Notes: generated by a model from the sequence alone, not told the origin. Positions 20,389 to 30,096 are shown, counted from the stretch's first letter. The stretch is 64,000 bases of DNA from Longimicrobiales bacterium (GCA_965248195.1 CBDFIQ010000001.1:960001-1024000), one strand, 5' to 3'. A program made the numbers and translations.

Positions 20389-21270
20389 TTACCTCTGACC
20401 TCGGAGTCGTTCCGGGGAGTCATTCCGCCTCGTCTTCACCACGAAGTCCCGATAGGCGTTCACGTCATCGACGCTCAGCAGATCCACGCCGGCGTCCAGG
20501 AGTTGACTCCACACTTCCTCGATGGGGCGGCGGTCGGGGGCAGGGATGTTCCAGAACCGAAGGCGGTAGCCGCTTCGGTGAGCCGTCTCGAGTCTCTGCG
20601 CCAGCCGCCGGGAGTCCCAGTCGGAGAGGCTTCCCAAACCGCGCCAGCTGAAATGGTCCTCCCAATTGTCGCTGATCATGAAAATAAAGTTTGCGGGAAC
20701 GCTAGCTGCCAAGTCCTCGATGTCCTCGAACCGGCCATCATAGCTCGCAATTCGCACGGCCTCGGCCATCATCGAGCTGCGCGGCCGATTCCCCGACACG
20801 ATCACGGAGATCGCTCTCGTCTGAACCTGGGTCTCGGAGTAGGTAGTGAGCATTTCCGAATACTGGGCGAGTACGCCACGCAGTGCCTCGTACGTCGACC
20901 TCCCCTCCGACTTGATGTCGATGAGGAGATCGAGTGAGTGTTCGCTCGGGTAGACCCAGCCGTTGTGCGCTCGCACATGATCTCTTAGCGGATCCAGGTA
21001 GAGCGACTGAAGCGTCTTGGTCGCGTCGAGATCTTCTTCGTCGTGACCGACGAGGAGCGCTCCCTCAACCAGATAAATATCGACTTCGATGCTGATGAAC
21101 CCGAGCGAAAGGGCGTCCCATAGCGGTGTTTGGCGCAGGAAGTCGTTGTGCGAATGGCCGGAGAGGATCGGCTCATTCGGGATCGCAATGTCGGTGCCCG
21201 GGTCACTTTGCGCACAGGCGCCCGCAGCGCCGCAAAAGAAGAGCGTCAGAAGGGGTAGGAGATGCTTCAT
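20389..21270 (-). CDS. PI-PLC/GDPD-like phosphodiesterase (Aim6-like), exported
   Basis: HSHNDF, IEVDI, LLVGHD, LLIDIK, LRFW, GVDLLSVD; hydrophobic N-terminus from ATG 21270. Confidence 0.75.
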   Translation of the reverse strand: MKHLLPLLTLFFCGAAGACAQSDPGTDIAIPNEPILSGHSHNDFLRQTPLWDALSLGFISIEVDIYLVEGALLVGHDEEDLDATKTLQSLYLDPLRDHVRAHNGWVYPSEHSLDLLIDIKSEGRSTYEALRGVLAQYSEMLTTYSETQVQTRAISVIVSGNRPRSSMMAEAVRIASYDGRFEDIEDLAASVPANFIFMISDNWEDHFSWRGLGSLSDWDSRRLAQRLETAHRSGYRLRFWNIPAPDRRPIEEVWSQLLDAGVDLLSVDDVNAYRDFVVKTRRNDSPERLRGQR

Positions 21271-21422
21271 GTCAGTCCCAGCGAGGATCCACTGGCTCCG
21301 ATTTAACGGACAAGATGCGTGGTAGCGGCCCTCGAGTGCACCGTTCAGGTGAGTGATGGAATCGGTCATGGATCAGGATCTTGATACGTAACATGAAGTC
21401 GGACTGATAGATACGGCCGCAC

Positions 21423-22487
21423 CTACCTCGCCTCCACAGGCCGCGCCACCATGACGCCGTCCTGGCCGCCGATCCGCTGGATCCGCTCGGCCAGCGGAAC
21501 CTCACTGATCTGCACCACGCCGCCCGCTAGCGGAGCGTGCAGCAGGTGCAAGCGGCCGTCCCTCCACAGCGCGATCCCCGTGTGGGCGATGTCCAATCCC
21601 GCCACGGTGCTGGTGGCGGCGATGATGTCGCCATCCTGGATGCGGTCCTCGACCGCAGCGATGCGGTCCTCGGGGATGTAGTACCGGGGCTCCGCGCTGA
21701 GACGGGCCTCGACCCCCCTCAGTTCCGTGAGGAACGCCGGGTCTTCGCCCAACTGGCGGTAGGCGTCCGGATGGGTCGTCATGAAGTCGATCGGCTCTGC
21801 GTCGGCGACGCCGCCCAACTCCTGTGACACGTCACGCACTAAACCCGTCGCATGGTTGTCGCTGATCCACTCGCTGAAGTAGTGCAACCGGCTCGGATAC
21901 TCATCGAGCTCCCCGGCGCGGTATCGGATGTCCTCCAGAATCTCGGAAAAGAAGGGCCGCTGGCGACTCGCGGCGCGGGCGCCCAGCAATCCGTCGGGGG
22001 CCGTCTGAACGAAGCGGGCCAGTGCCAGGACGTTCTCCACGAAGGTCACGCAGTCCAGCTCCTCCAGCTCGATCACGAGACCCTCCTCGCCGGGCGCCTC
22101 GAGGGTATGAGGAGCATAGGGAGTTCCGATGAACGTCTCCCCGATCCGGACGACCAGATCGCCGATGCTCAGCCCGGCATATCCCTGGTCGACCGCCCAG
22201 CGGGCCTTCTCCTGGACGATGGCCCAGTCGGCATCCGTGCCGGGCAGCGTGGTGGGGCCCGCAGGAGCACCGGCGGTTCCGGGGCCGGCGCTCGCGCCCA
22301 CTTCACTACCAGAAGATTGGGCGGCCCCATCGGATGGGGTGGCCCCGCTGGACGAGGCAGCCCCGCTGGATGGGGCAGCCCCGCTCGAAGGTCCGATGTC
22401 CGAGGAACCCCCGGAGTCTCCTCCGCATGCACCGAGAACACACACGCTCACACCCGCGAGCAAACAAGCGACTGTCTTGGCTCTCAT
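21423..22487 (-). CDS. DUF1460 NlpC/P60-like N-acetylmuramoyl amidase lipoprotein
   Basis: Lipobox LGAC; GTPY...LDCVTFVE, SRLHYFSEW, GLDIAHTG, LHLLHA. Confidence 0.85.
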   Translation of the reverse strand: MRAKTVACLLAGVSVCVLGACGGDSGGSSDIGPSSGAAPSSGAASSSGATPSDGAAQSSGSEVGASAGPGTAGAPAGPTTLPGTDADWAIVQEKARWAVDQGYAGLSIGDLVVRIGETFIGTPYAPHTLEAPGEEGLVIELEELDCVTFVENVLALARFVQTAPDGLLGARAASRQRPFFSEILEDIRYRAGELDEYPSRLHYFSEWISDNHATGLVRDVSQELGGVADAEPIDFMTTHPDAYRQLGEDPAFLTELRGVEARLSAEPRYYIPEDRIAAVEDRIQDGDIIAATSTVAGLDIAHTGIALWRDGRLHLLHAPLAGGVVQISEVPLAERIQRIGGQDGVMVARPVEAR

Positions 22488-22926
22488 CAACAAGCGACAA
22501 CCTCCATCAACATCCTAACCTTCGTCAGCCGGGCCTCGTTCCCGCCCTCCCGCATCATAAATCGAATCGATTGCCGCGGGAATGGACGCACGGTCTCGTT
22601 AGGCAATCGGTCTCCTCTCTGATTTGAGCGCCTCCGTTGAGAAGTCACTCCGTGGATTTCGCGTCAAGTGGTATAACTTATGGTCGGACTACCACTTACG
22701 AGTACAGGGCGACCGGCACTCCGGATACCCTCGGACTTGGGCGCCGCCGCGGATACACGCTTGCCGCACCCTTCAATCCCCCGGGGTAGTCATGGCGGTT
22801 CCAAAGGACCCCTATTATTTTGGATCCTTGGATTTGGGACGCTTATCTTTTGGGATCCTTCTATCTTAGGACCCGCGAGACGGCGGGCCCGCGAACGTAG
22901 CGAGAATTCTACCACCACAGGAGTAC

Positions 22927-23367
22927 ATGATGCCATATCCAGAGGAGCTGATCGCCCCGATGAGACACGAGCTGGTGCAACTGGGCTTCAAGGAGCTCAC
23001 AACCCCCGACGAGGTAGACAAGGTCTTGGGGACGGAGCGCCGCACGACGGTCGTGGCCATCAACTCGGTCTGCGGTTGTTCGGCCGGAGGCATGCGGCCT
23101 GGGGTAGCGGCTTCGTTGGGCAACGAAACCAAGCCCGACGTTCTCGTATCCGTCTTCGCTGGACAGGATCTCGACGCGACCGAAAGGGCGCGGGAGTATT
23201 TCACGGGGTACCCGCCGTCGTCACCCGCTGTGGCGTTGATGAAGGACGGCGAGCTGGTCTTCATGCTGGAGCGCCACGAAATTGAAGGGCGCCACCCGCT
23301 CGAGATCGCCGATACCTTGAAGGCGGCATACGACGAGCACTGCGCTGTGAGCCAAGAGGTGCCGTAA
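22927..23367 (+). CDS. BrxA/BrxB bacilliredoxin (DUF1094)
   Basis: MPYPEELIAPMR, NSVCGC, VFAGQD, PPSSP, RHEIEG. Confidence 0.9.
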   Translation: MMPYPEELIAPMRHELVQLGFKELTTPDEVDKVLGTERRTTVVAINSVCGCSAGGMRPGVAASLGNETKPDVLVSVFAGQDLDATERAREYFTGYPPSSPAVALMKDGELVFMLERHEIEGRHPLEIADTLKAAYDEHCAVSQEVP

Positions 23368-23433
23368 CCAGCCAAGAGGTGCCGTAGCTTCCTGCTGTGT
23401 GATTCGTTGGGTTCAGCTGCCCGCGTGGGTGGT

Positions 23434-24129
23434 TCAGGCCTCCGGCCCCGCCTGGAGTCTCGGCTGAACGCCCTTCCGCTCCAAACGACGGCGTTTCTTG
23501 GCCTGCCTGGGGGTTTCTCCTGGCAGCCGAACTTCGACGTTCACACCGGCCAGGATGGCAAGTCCCCGGACTCGTAGGGTCGGGAGATCCGGATTACTCC
23601 GGAGCGGCTCGTCCGTCTCATGGTCGAAGCCGCCACACAGGGCCATACCGTCTACCTCCACCGTCATCTCGGGCGGGACGATGATCTCGACCCCACTCAG
23701 AATCCCCAGGACGCTCAAGTCCGTTACGCCCGGTCCGAGTAACGCCCCCCGAAAGTCGAGCGAAAGGCCACCCAAGACACCGAGTGCGAAGGTCTTTCGG
23801 GCCGGGATCCACCGGCCGGCGCGGTTGGCACCGCCGAGGACGCCGATCATGAACCCGTGTTCCCTGACACGATCGGCATCTACGACAACGGGGCCTCCAC
23901 CCCGGGCTGGGATGACATCGGTCGCGGGCTTCGAGGACTCCAGAGGCGGCAGCTTAGAGAGAAGCTCGCGGAGTTCGCTTGCCGTCGAGCATCTATTTAC
24001 CGCGTCCAAGAGCCCCTCGAACTCCTCCAGATCCATGACGTCGTTGGAGAAGTGCTCCATGAGCACTTCGACCGCCCGCTCCCGGATCAGCTCGATATTG
24101 GGCGACGGAACCGGATAGTCCTTACTCAT
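23434..24129 (-). CDS. DUF1707 (SHOCT-like) + LiaF/DUF2154-like protein
   Basis: RERAVEVL..HF..D.MDLEEFE N-domain; GGLSLDFR...GVEIIVPP beta domain; ATGA overlap with the upstream gene. Confidence 0.7.
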   Translation of the reverse strand: MSKDYPVPSPNIELIRERAVEVLMEHFSNDVMDLEEFEGLLDAVNRCSTASELRELLSKLPPLESSKPATDVIPARGGGPVVVDADRVREHGFMIGVLGGANRAGRWIPARKTFALGVLGGLSLDFRGALLGPGVTDLSVLGILSGVEIIVPPEMTVEVDGMALCGGFDHETDEPLRSNPDLPTLRVRGLAILAGVNVEVRLPGETPRQAKKRRRLERKGVQPRLQAGPEA

Positions 24130-25370
24130 CCCGCCTCCGCAAACACGTCGGTGGCCATCTCGTCCGAATCCCCTTGGAGGAATTTCCGTGAAAAACGCTC
24201 GAGAACGGCGGCGCACGTCAGGATCTCTGAAGGATCGATCCATTCGTCGGCCGAGTGCGCCTGAGCGATCGAGCCCGGACCGAAACACACCGCAGGCGTA
24301 CCCGCTTCGTTCAAGAGAGCCGCATCCACCCAGGCGGTCATGCCCGTCACCCTCGGATCGACCCCCTCCCCGGCACACGCGGCGAGCAGCCCCTCCACCA
24401 GAGGGGAATCATTCGGTACCTCCGTGGCCGGACGAGCCAGCCCCTGAGTTAGTTTCGCGTCGAGCTCCGGCACGTAGGCCGCAAGCCCGTCCAGCACGGC
24501 TTGGAACTCTTCGATAATGCCGGCTGGATTTTCTCCCGGCAACGTGCGCCGCTCCAGCACCAGCCGGCACGCGTCCGGATAAACGGACGGCGCCGAGCCG
24601 CCGTCGATCGTACCGGCGTGAAACGATCCGCGACCCAGAAGCGGATGAGGCTCTCGGGCTCGCAGCCGGGTCCGCAACGCGCCCAAGGCGGTGAGGTAGA
24701 GACCCGCATGCTCGATGGCGTCCACGCCGGCTTCGGGCAGCGAACCGTGAGCGGCTCGCCCCCGGAAGTCCGCCTCGACCCACACGAACCCCTTGTGGGC
24801 GGGCATGACCGCCAAGCCCGTGGGCTCACACACGACCGCAGCGTCGGCCTTCATCCCAGAGCCGACCAGGGCCTCCATTCCCAGGCTGGCGTGCTCCTCA
24901 TCCGCCGTGAGGGCCACGATCAATTCCCCCGAAGGGCTTTCCCGAGCAACTCTGGCGGTGGCGGCGAGCAAAGCCGCCACGCCTCCTTTCATGTCGCACG
25001 ATCCCCTTCCCCGGAGGCGCCCCTCCCTCAGCTCGGCTCCAAAGGGATCGACGCTCATTCCTGCCACTCCTACGGTGTCGAGATGGCCGTTCAGGAGGAG
25101 CGTCGGGCCGGTTCCTTTGCCCCCTAGGCGACCCACGACGTTCCAGCGGCCAGGTGCTACCTCGAACATTTCCACCGAGAGACCCCATGCCCGTAGCCAC
25201 CCGGCGGTCAACTCCGCGACGGCGGCCTCTCCTGCGCCGGATTCTTCGAGCTCCGGGTTCACAGAAGGCGTGGCGACCAAGGCACGAGCGAGGGCCAAGG
25301 GCTCACCCGCCTGGGCATCCTCGAGAATCCGGCCCTTTTCCTTGAGAATCCGGCCCTTTTCCTGTGCCAT
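24126..25370 (-). CDS. ArgE/DapE-family M20 deacylase
   Basis: NGHLDTV, GRGSCDMKGG, ADEE, CEPT, GRAAHGS, AHSADEW. Confidence 0.92.
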   Translation of the reverse strand: MAQEKGRILKEKGRILEDAQAGEPLALARALVATPSVNPELEESGAGEAAVAELTAGWLRAWGLSVEMFEVAPGRWNVVGRLGGKGTGPTLLLNGHLDTVGVAGMSVDPFGAELREGRLRGRGSCDMKGGVAALLAATARVARESPSGELIVALTADEEHASLGMEALVGSGMKADAAVVCEPTGLAVMPAHKGFVWVEADFRGRAAHGSLPEAGVDAIEHAGLYLTALGALRTRLRAREPHPLLGRGSFHAGTIDGGSAPSVYPDACRLVLERRTLPGENPAGIIEEFQAVLDGLAAYVPELDAKLTQGLARPATEVPNDSPLVEGLLAACAGEGVDPRVTGMTAWVDAALLNEAGTPAVCFGPGSIAQAHSADEWIDPSEILTCAAVLERFSRKFLQGDSDEMATDVFAEAG

Positions 25371-25617
25371 GCTCACCCCCGACGCCTCGTGCACCACCAG
25401 AGGGCATGGTGGAGGTCGAGGCCCGTCGAGACAACCCCAAACGGATGGCGGCAAGGCGACCCTGAGCGGAAAGCGTCGAGAGACCAATAATGCCGCCCCA
25501 CTTGCGGAATCGACACCAATGTGGCCACTTCCTGTAGGTAAACATCTGGCGCCGGGACCTTCTGCGCATGGTAGCTGGTATAACGCAACGACGCAGAACC
25601 CGAACAAGGAGGCGACG

Positions 25618-25779
25618 ATCAACAAACTTACGTTAGGATTAGCGGGCGCCGTGGCTGTCGTAGCGAGCCTACTCTTGATGCGGCAGCAGAAGCAGGCTCA
25701 GCCGAAGGAAACCGTAGCCGAGGCGGAAAGCGCTACGGGGTCGATCACGCTGGACCGGATGAGGGAGCTAGGCCTCTAG
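25618..25779 (+). CDS. Putative small single-pass membrane protein (53 aa) with an ATC start
   Basis: Extended -10 TGgTATAAC (25576-25584), AAGGAGG RBS (25606-25612), then ATC-AAC-AAA and a hydrophobic helix. Confidence 0.5.
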   Translation: MNKLTLGLAGAVAVVASLLLMRQQKQAQPKETVAEAESATGSITLDRMRELGL

Positions 25780-25849
25780 CACCAGCGGCCAACGCTGGTA
25801 TCCGACGGGCAACTTGGGCGCACCCATCCAAGGGACCGGTGCGGCCTCC

Positions 25850-26086
25850 TCAGTCGTCGAAGTGGTCGGCGTTCTTCTCGATGTAGCTCGTCCACTCGGG
25901 AGGCACCTCCGTATCCGGGAAAATCGCCGTGACGGGACACTCCGGCTCGCATGCGCCGCAATCGATGCACTCTACCGGATGGATGTAGAACATGTCCTCC
26001 CCTTCGTAGATGCAGTCGACCGGGCATACCTCGACGCAGCTCGCGTCTTTGGTGTCGATGCAGGGCTCGGCAATGATATAGGTCAT
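25850..26086 (-). CDS. fdxA: Ferredoxin (FdxA-type dicluster)
   Basis: [10 protein letters not shown] and [12 protein letters not shown] motifs. Confidence 0.93.
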   Translation of the reverse strand: MTYIIAEPCIDTKDASCVEVCPVDCIYEGEDMFYIHPVECIDCGACEPECPVTAIFPDTEVPPEWTSYIEKNADHFDD

Positions 26087-26180
26087 GGGCTGATTCGGGT
26101 GGTAGCGTGGCGGATCCGGAAATCAATGGACAGGCCACCATTAATGCAGAAAAAAGTGAGGCCGTCAAGTATCCCCAGCA

Positions 26181-26765
26181 TTATTCCCGCGCCTTCCCGA
26201 GGTACCTCTCCCTGAAAGCGCGGCACCAGCTAGCGTAACGTGCCGCCATTCGGGCATGCGTGCGCTCGGCCATCTTCAGGTAGACTTCGTACGCCTCCTC
26301 GTGTGCCGCTCGGGCTTCGGACATGACTCCCCAAAGATGTGCGTGGCGAATCTGGTCGAGCCGCTCCGCCAGGGCCACCAGGGCGACCTCGGGCTCACTG
26401 GCAAGCAGATCCTCGAGAAGCGTGGCGGACCCGGAGCGAGGCACCGCACTTCGGAAGACGGTCACGGCGGGACTCACGTGCTCGGTGACCTCGCGATCGG
26501 GCGGCTCCAAATCGACCCGGCGCGTATCCAGAAGACAGGCGGCCGCAAGCGCAACGGGATCGGCTAAACCGACATCATCCAGCAGGACCACCGCGGTACG
26601 GCCCGGGTGCAAGTAGTCGGGATCGTGGTCGTCGTCGATGGCGGCCAAGCGCGGCGACATCGCCGCCTCGATCGCCTTGCCGATGAGATCCCTGCCCGGG
26701 CGGTCCACCCCCACCCCCGCCGCGGTCCGGTCGACGCGCTCCGCCATCTGGTCCCACCGGCTCAC
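26181..26765 (-). CDS. Degenerate HD-domain (RelA/SpoT hydrolase-like) protein
   Basis: DYLHP, LAAACLLDT and ALAERLDQIRH align with YxxHP, AALLHDT and KLADRLHNMR; AGGAG before GTG 26765. Confidence 0.6.
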   Translation of the reverse strand: MSRWDQMAERVDRTAAGVGVDRPGRDLIGKAIEAAMSPRLAAIDDDHDPDYLHPGRTAVVLLDDVGLADPVALAAACLLDTRRVDLEPPDREVTEHVSPAVTVFRSAVPRSGSATLLEDLLASEPEVALVALAERLDQIRHAHLWGVMSEARAAHEEAYEVYLKMAERTHARMAARYASWCRAFRERYLGKARE

Positions 26766-26766
26766 T

Positions 26767-27405
26767 TCACTCCTGACTCCAGGGCACGTCCGCATGCCCC
26801 GCCCTGTGGTTTTCGAGACGAGCCCACACAAACAATAGATCGGAGAGTCGGTTGAGGTAGGGGACAATCCCAGGATCCAAAGGCTCCTTTCGCCCCAGGG
26901 CCACCACGGCGCGTTCCGCCCGCCGGCACACGGACCGGCATACGTGGAGCATTGCCGCTGCCTCGGTACCACCGGGCAGTACGAACTGACGCAACTCGGG
27001 GAGCTCCTCGGTGGCCTGGTCGATCCACTCCTCCATCGCCGCGACTCTGGCCACGGGAACGTCGGGCGTCTTGGGTCGCGGCCGCGAATCGTCGCTCCCC
27101 GGGGTCGCGAGGTTGGCGCCGAGAGCGAAGAGATCGTTCTGAATGAGGAGGAGTCCGCGCCGGACTCCCGCATCGACATCGGCGTCGGCAGCGGCGTCGG
27201 TGTCGGTGTCGGGGTCGGGGTCGGCCTCGGTGTCGCCGTCGGCGTGGGCATCGGTGTCGGTGATCGACGTGAGAGCGAGACCGACAAACGAATTCAGTTC
27301 GTCTACGGCTCCGTACGCTTCGACCCGCCGATCGTTCTTCGGCACCCGTCCACCCCCGAAGAGCGCGGTGTCGCCGTCATCCCCCGTCTTCGTGTAGATG
27401 GTCAT
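26767..27405 (-). CDS. PduO-type ATP:cob(I)alamin adenosyltransferase with an Asp-rich insertion
   Basis: IYTKTGDDGDT, EAYGAVDELNS, FVLPGG, CRRAER, YLNRLSDLLF. Confidence 0.93.
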   Translation of the reverse strand: MTIYTKTGDDGDTALFGGGRVPKNDRRVEAYGAVDELNSFVGLALTSITDTDAHADGDTEADPDPDTDTDAAADADVDAGVRRGLLLIQNDLFALGANLATPGSDDSRPRPKTPDVPVARVAAMEEWIDQATEELPELRQFVLPGGTEAAAMLHVCRSVCRRAERAVVALGRKEPLDPGIVPYLNRLSDLLFVWARLENHRAGHADVPWSQE

Positions 27406-27409
27406 CGGA

Positions 27410-27655
27410 TCACCGCAGCCGAGTCAAATTCCGGAGTTGCTGGGCTTTCTCCAGGAGGGACGACGTGGATTTCTCATCCTCGGGTGAGCCGCTCATGACA
27501 TCCCGCAGGTCGAGTATGACCTCCAGGTAGAGCTGATCGCGCTGGAACTCGAAGTCCAGGTGCTCCCGCCCGGCGCCTTCGCTCCCGGCACCCCGGTCCA
27601 ACTCATCACGATAGAGCTTCTCCAGGTTGTCGAGGATCCGCTGCCGATCTCTCAT
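27410..27655 (-). CDS. Hypothetical protein (81 aa)
   Basis: ATGA-coupled to the upstream hydrolase; helical charged sequence. Confidence 0.7.
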   Translation of the reverse strand: MRDRQRILDNLEKLYRDELDRGAGSEGAGREHLDFEFQRDQLYLEVILDLRDVMSGSPEDEKSTSSLLEKAQQLRNLTRLR

Positions 27656-28293
27656 TCGATGCTCCCTCCTACGACATCGCTCCCTGGGCCGCTTCGGAAG
27701 TATTCGCTCACCACGGCCTTCATCTCGTCGATGCGTCCGTTGAAGTAATGGTCCGCTCCAGCGATTCTGGCCAGCGTCACGTGGGAGCCCAAGGCCGCCA
27801 CGACCGGCTCCACTTCCGAACCCGAGCCGAGCTCGTCCTCGTCACCCTGAACCACAAGGATAGGCTTCCGTACATCCGCAAGAAATCCGTAGTCGTACAT
27901 GCGGACGGGAAGCGCGAGGCCGAAGAGCGCGACGACCCGGGGATCGTCCGCTCCCGCTGAGAGCGCGACCATCGAGCCGAACGAAAAGCCTCCCACAACG
28001 AGCGGCAGGCCGGGGTGCCTTACTTCGAGCCAACCCAGTGAGGCCATCACGTCGTCTTTCTCGCCGACTCCCTGGTCATAGCTGCCGGTGCTGGTTCCCA
28101 CACCACGGAAGTTGAAACGCAGGGCGGCGATCTTCACATCCGCGAGAGCCTGCGCGGCCCGGAACACCGCCTTCGTATGCATGGTGCCACCCTGAAGGGG
28201 GTGGGGGTGACAGACGATGCCGGCACCCCTGAGCGTGCCCGGGGGCTCCCGGTGAGCCGCCTCCAATTGCCCATGGGGCGCGGGAATGTTCAA
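27652..28293 (-). CDS. Alpha/beta hydrolase (CHPHP family)
   Basis: CHPHPLQGGTM, LRFNFRGVG, GFSFG nucleophile, GADHYF. Confidence 0.9.
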   Translation of the reverse strand: MNIPAPHGQLEAAHREPPGTLRGAGIVCHPHPLQGGTMHTKAVFRAAQALADVKIAALRFNFRGVGTSTGSYDQGVGEKDDVMASLGWLEVRHPGLPLVVGGFSFGSMVALSAGADDPRVVALFGLALPVRMYDYGFLADVRKPILVVQGDEDELGSGSEVEPVVAALGSHVTLARIAGADHYFNGRIDEMKAVVSEYFRSGPGSDVVGGSIE

Positions 28294-28360
28294 GTGTGTC
28301 TCCTACGGCTAACTTGGCCCCGAAGGCCCGACTGGATTTCGAAGGACACCCCATCATCCG

Positions 28361-28852
28361 ATGCCAACCAAAAAAAGCGACGACCAGAAGCTCGCGGATC
28401 AAGCCAACGAATTGTACTGGCGGTCCGGGCAGAGCGTGAATCAAATCGCCGAGGCGATGGACCTCTCCAAGAGTGGCTTGTACGCGTTGATCCGCCCCTT
28501 GCCCGCCGAGCGTACCTGTCCCGAATGCGGTGAGGGGCTGGTCTTTCCAAACCGGACCACGAAGCACAAGACGATCGCGTCCTGCCCGGAGTGTGAATAC
28601 GTGAGTGAGGGGCCAGCGCCGGACTCCGAGATGCCCCCGGCCAAGCGGCGAGCCCAACGTAAGAAGATCCCTTCCGCCAAACCCGACGCCCAACCCGACG
28701 GCGAGCCCGGAACCGACCTCGAACGCCAACGCAGCCCGAGCGGCGCACTCGAGACAAGCGGCGGCCGCCGCCTGAAATCGAGTCGTGTCCTTTGGGCGTC
28801 GGTGCTCCTAGGCATGGCCGTCGGGCTGTATTTGACCCGCCGCTCTCGCTGA
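28361..28852 (+). CDS. Hypothetical HTH + zinc-ribbon protein with a C-terminal TM anchor
   Basis: SVNQIAEAMDLSKSGLY HTH-like; CPEC x2; hydrophobic tail. Confidence 0.7.
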   Translation: MPTKKSDDQKLADQANELYWRSGQSVNQIAEAMDLSKSGLYALIRPLPAERTCPECGEGLVFPNRTTKHKTIASCPECEYVSEGPAPDSEMPPAKRRAQRKKIPSAKPDAQPDGEPGTDLERQRSPSGALETSGGRRLKSSRVLWASVLLGMAVGLYLTRRSR

Positions 28853-28873
28853 TCACGCGGGCTCCCGACCGGC

Positions 28874-30070
28874 ATGGCGATCACCTCTAGGGACCCGAGC
28901 ACGATCGTCACGCCGGACGCGTTTTCCGTGCATACCTCCCTTCTGGGAACCCCCCTCGCTTCCCCGTCGCGCCGTGGCGTCGCTCTCCTCGTCGACATCT
29001 TTCTGGTCGCTTTGATCACGGCACTCACGAGCGGTGTTTGGTTTATTCTCGGCGTGGTCGCCGCCGCTTTTTTCTTCACCCGTGCCAAGAAGGAGGGGAA
29101 GAACGACCGTAGGTCCAACGTGCTTCGGCTCTTTCTCGGGTGTATGGGGGTCATGGCCTTGTCTACGACCGCGGTGGTGTTTTTCGGGATACGGTACATG
29201 AACGAGCGCCCCGAGGAGTTCGGCCCCTTTTCTTCCATGGAGAGCGAGGGGCGGAGCCCGCTCGGGTCATCCGGCGGATCGGCGGCCGACCGCCTCCTCA
29301 CCGTTCTCGGAGGTTTCCAGGAGGTTGCCGAACTCAGATCCACGAGCGACCCCGACGGGGCGGTGGCCCTTGCCGTCAGCATTGGACGTCGGGTCCAGGA
29401 GCTCGAACCCACCGAGAATGTCGAGGAGCTGCTTCGGGACGCCATTCCTGAAGTGGTGGGTCGTGTCGATGGCGATGAGATCCTAGCCCGCGCGATGGTC
29501 CAGCTAAGCTCATCCGCCGCGGATGTGGCTGAACCTGCCGACTCGAGGCTGGCGGAAGCCATCGAACTAGCCGGAGACACGATCGGGGAGCTCGAGCAAG
29601 GTCTGATGCGTGCTCAGCGCGATCTCGAAGACACTCGCGCCGATCTCGAGGACTCTCGCGCCGACCTCGATGAGGCCGTTCAGAGACGCGGACTCGTCGG
29701 ATGGTTCACCAGCCGAATCGATTCGTTGGGCTTCGGCTTGGGGTGGTGGACGCTCTACTTCGCCATCCTCATGCCCTGGATGAAGGGCCAGACCCCGGGC
29801 AAACGCGCTTTGGGCGTCCGCGTGGTGCGCCTCGATGGTCAGCCGGTCACGTGGTGGCACGCCTTCGAGCGCGCCGGTGGATACGCAGCCGGCGTGGCGA
29901 CCGGGACGCTGGGATTCCTTCAGGTCTACTGGGACGCGAATCGGCAGGCGATCCACGACAAGGTCGCCGGAACCGTAGTCATCCGCGAGGGCGCCCCCAC
30001 GGTGCCGGGGAATTGGGATCGGCAGGTCACGGGTAGCCCCACGCAGCCCAGCGAGGCGGGGCCGGCCTAG
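28874..30070 (+). CDS. RDD-family membrane protein with a central coiled-coil insertion
   Basis: LASPSRRGVALLVD (N half); GQTPGKRALGVRVV and RQAIHDKVAGTVV (C half). Confidence 0.85.
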   Translation: MAITSRDPSTIVTPDAFSVHTSLLGTPLASPSRRGVALLVDIFLVALITALTSGVWFILGVVAAAFFFTRAKKEGKNDRRSNVLRLFLGCMGVMALSTTAVVFFGIRYMNERPEEFGPFSSMESEGRSPLGSSGGSAADRLLTVLGGFQEVAELRSTSDPDGAVALAVSIGRRVQELEPTENVEELLRDAIPEVVGRVDGDEILARAMVQLSSSAADVAEPADSRLAEAIELAGDTIGELEQGLMRAQRDLEDTRADLEDSRADLDEAVQRRGLVGWFTSRIDSLGFGLGWWTLYFAILMPWMKGQTPGKRALGVRVVRLDGQPVTWWHAFERAGGYAAGVATGTLGFLQVYWDANRQAIHDKVAGTVVIREGAPTVPGNWDRQVTGSPTQPSEAGPA

Positions 30071-30096
30071 CCGGCGCCGCGATTCGCCGACCAACC

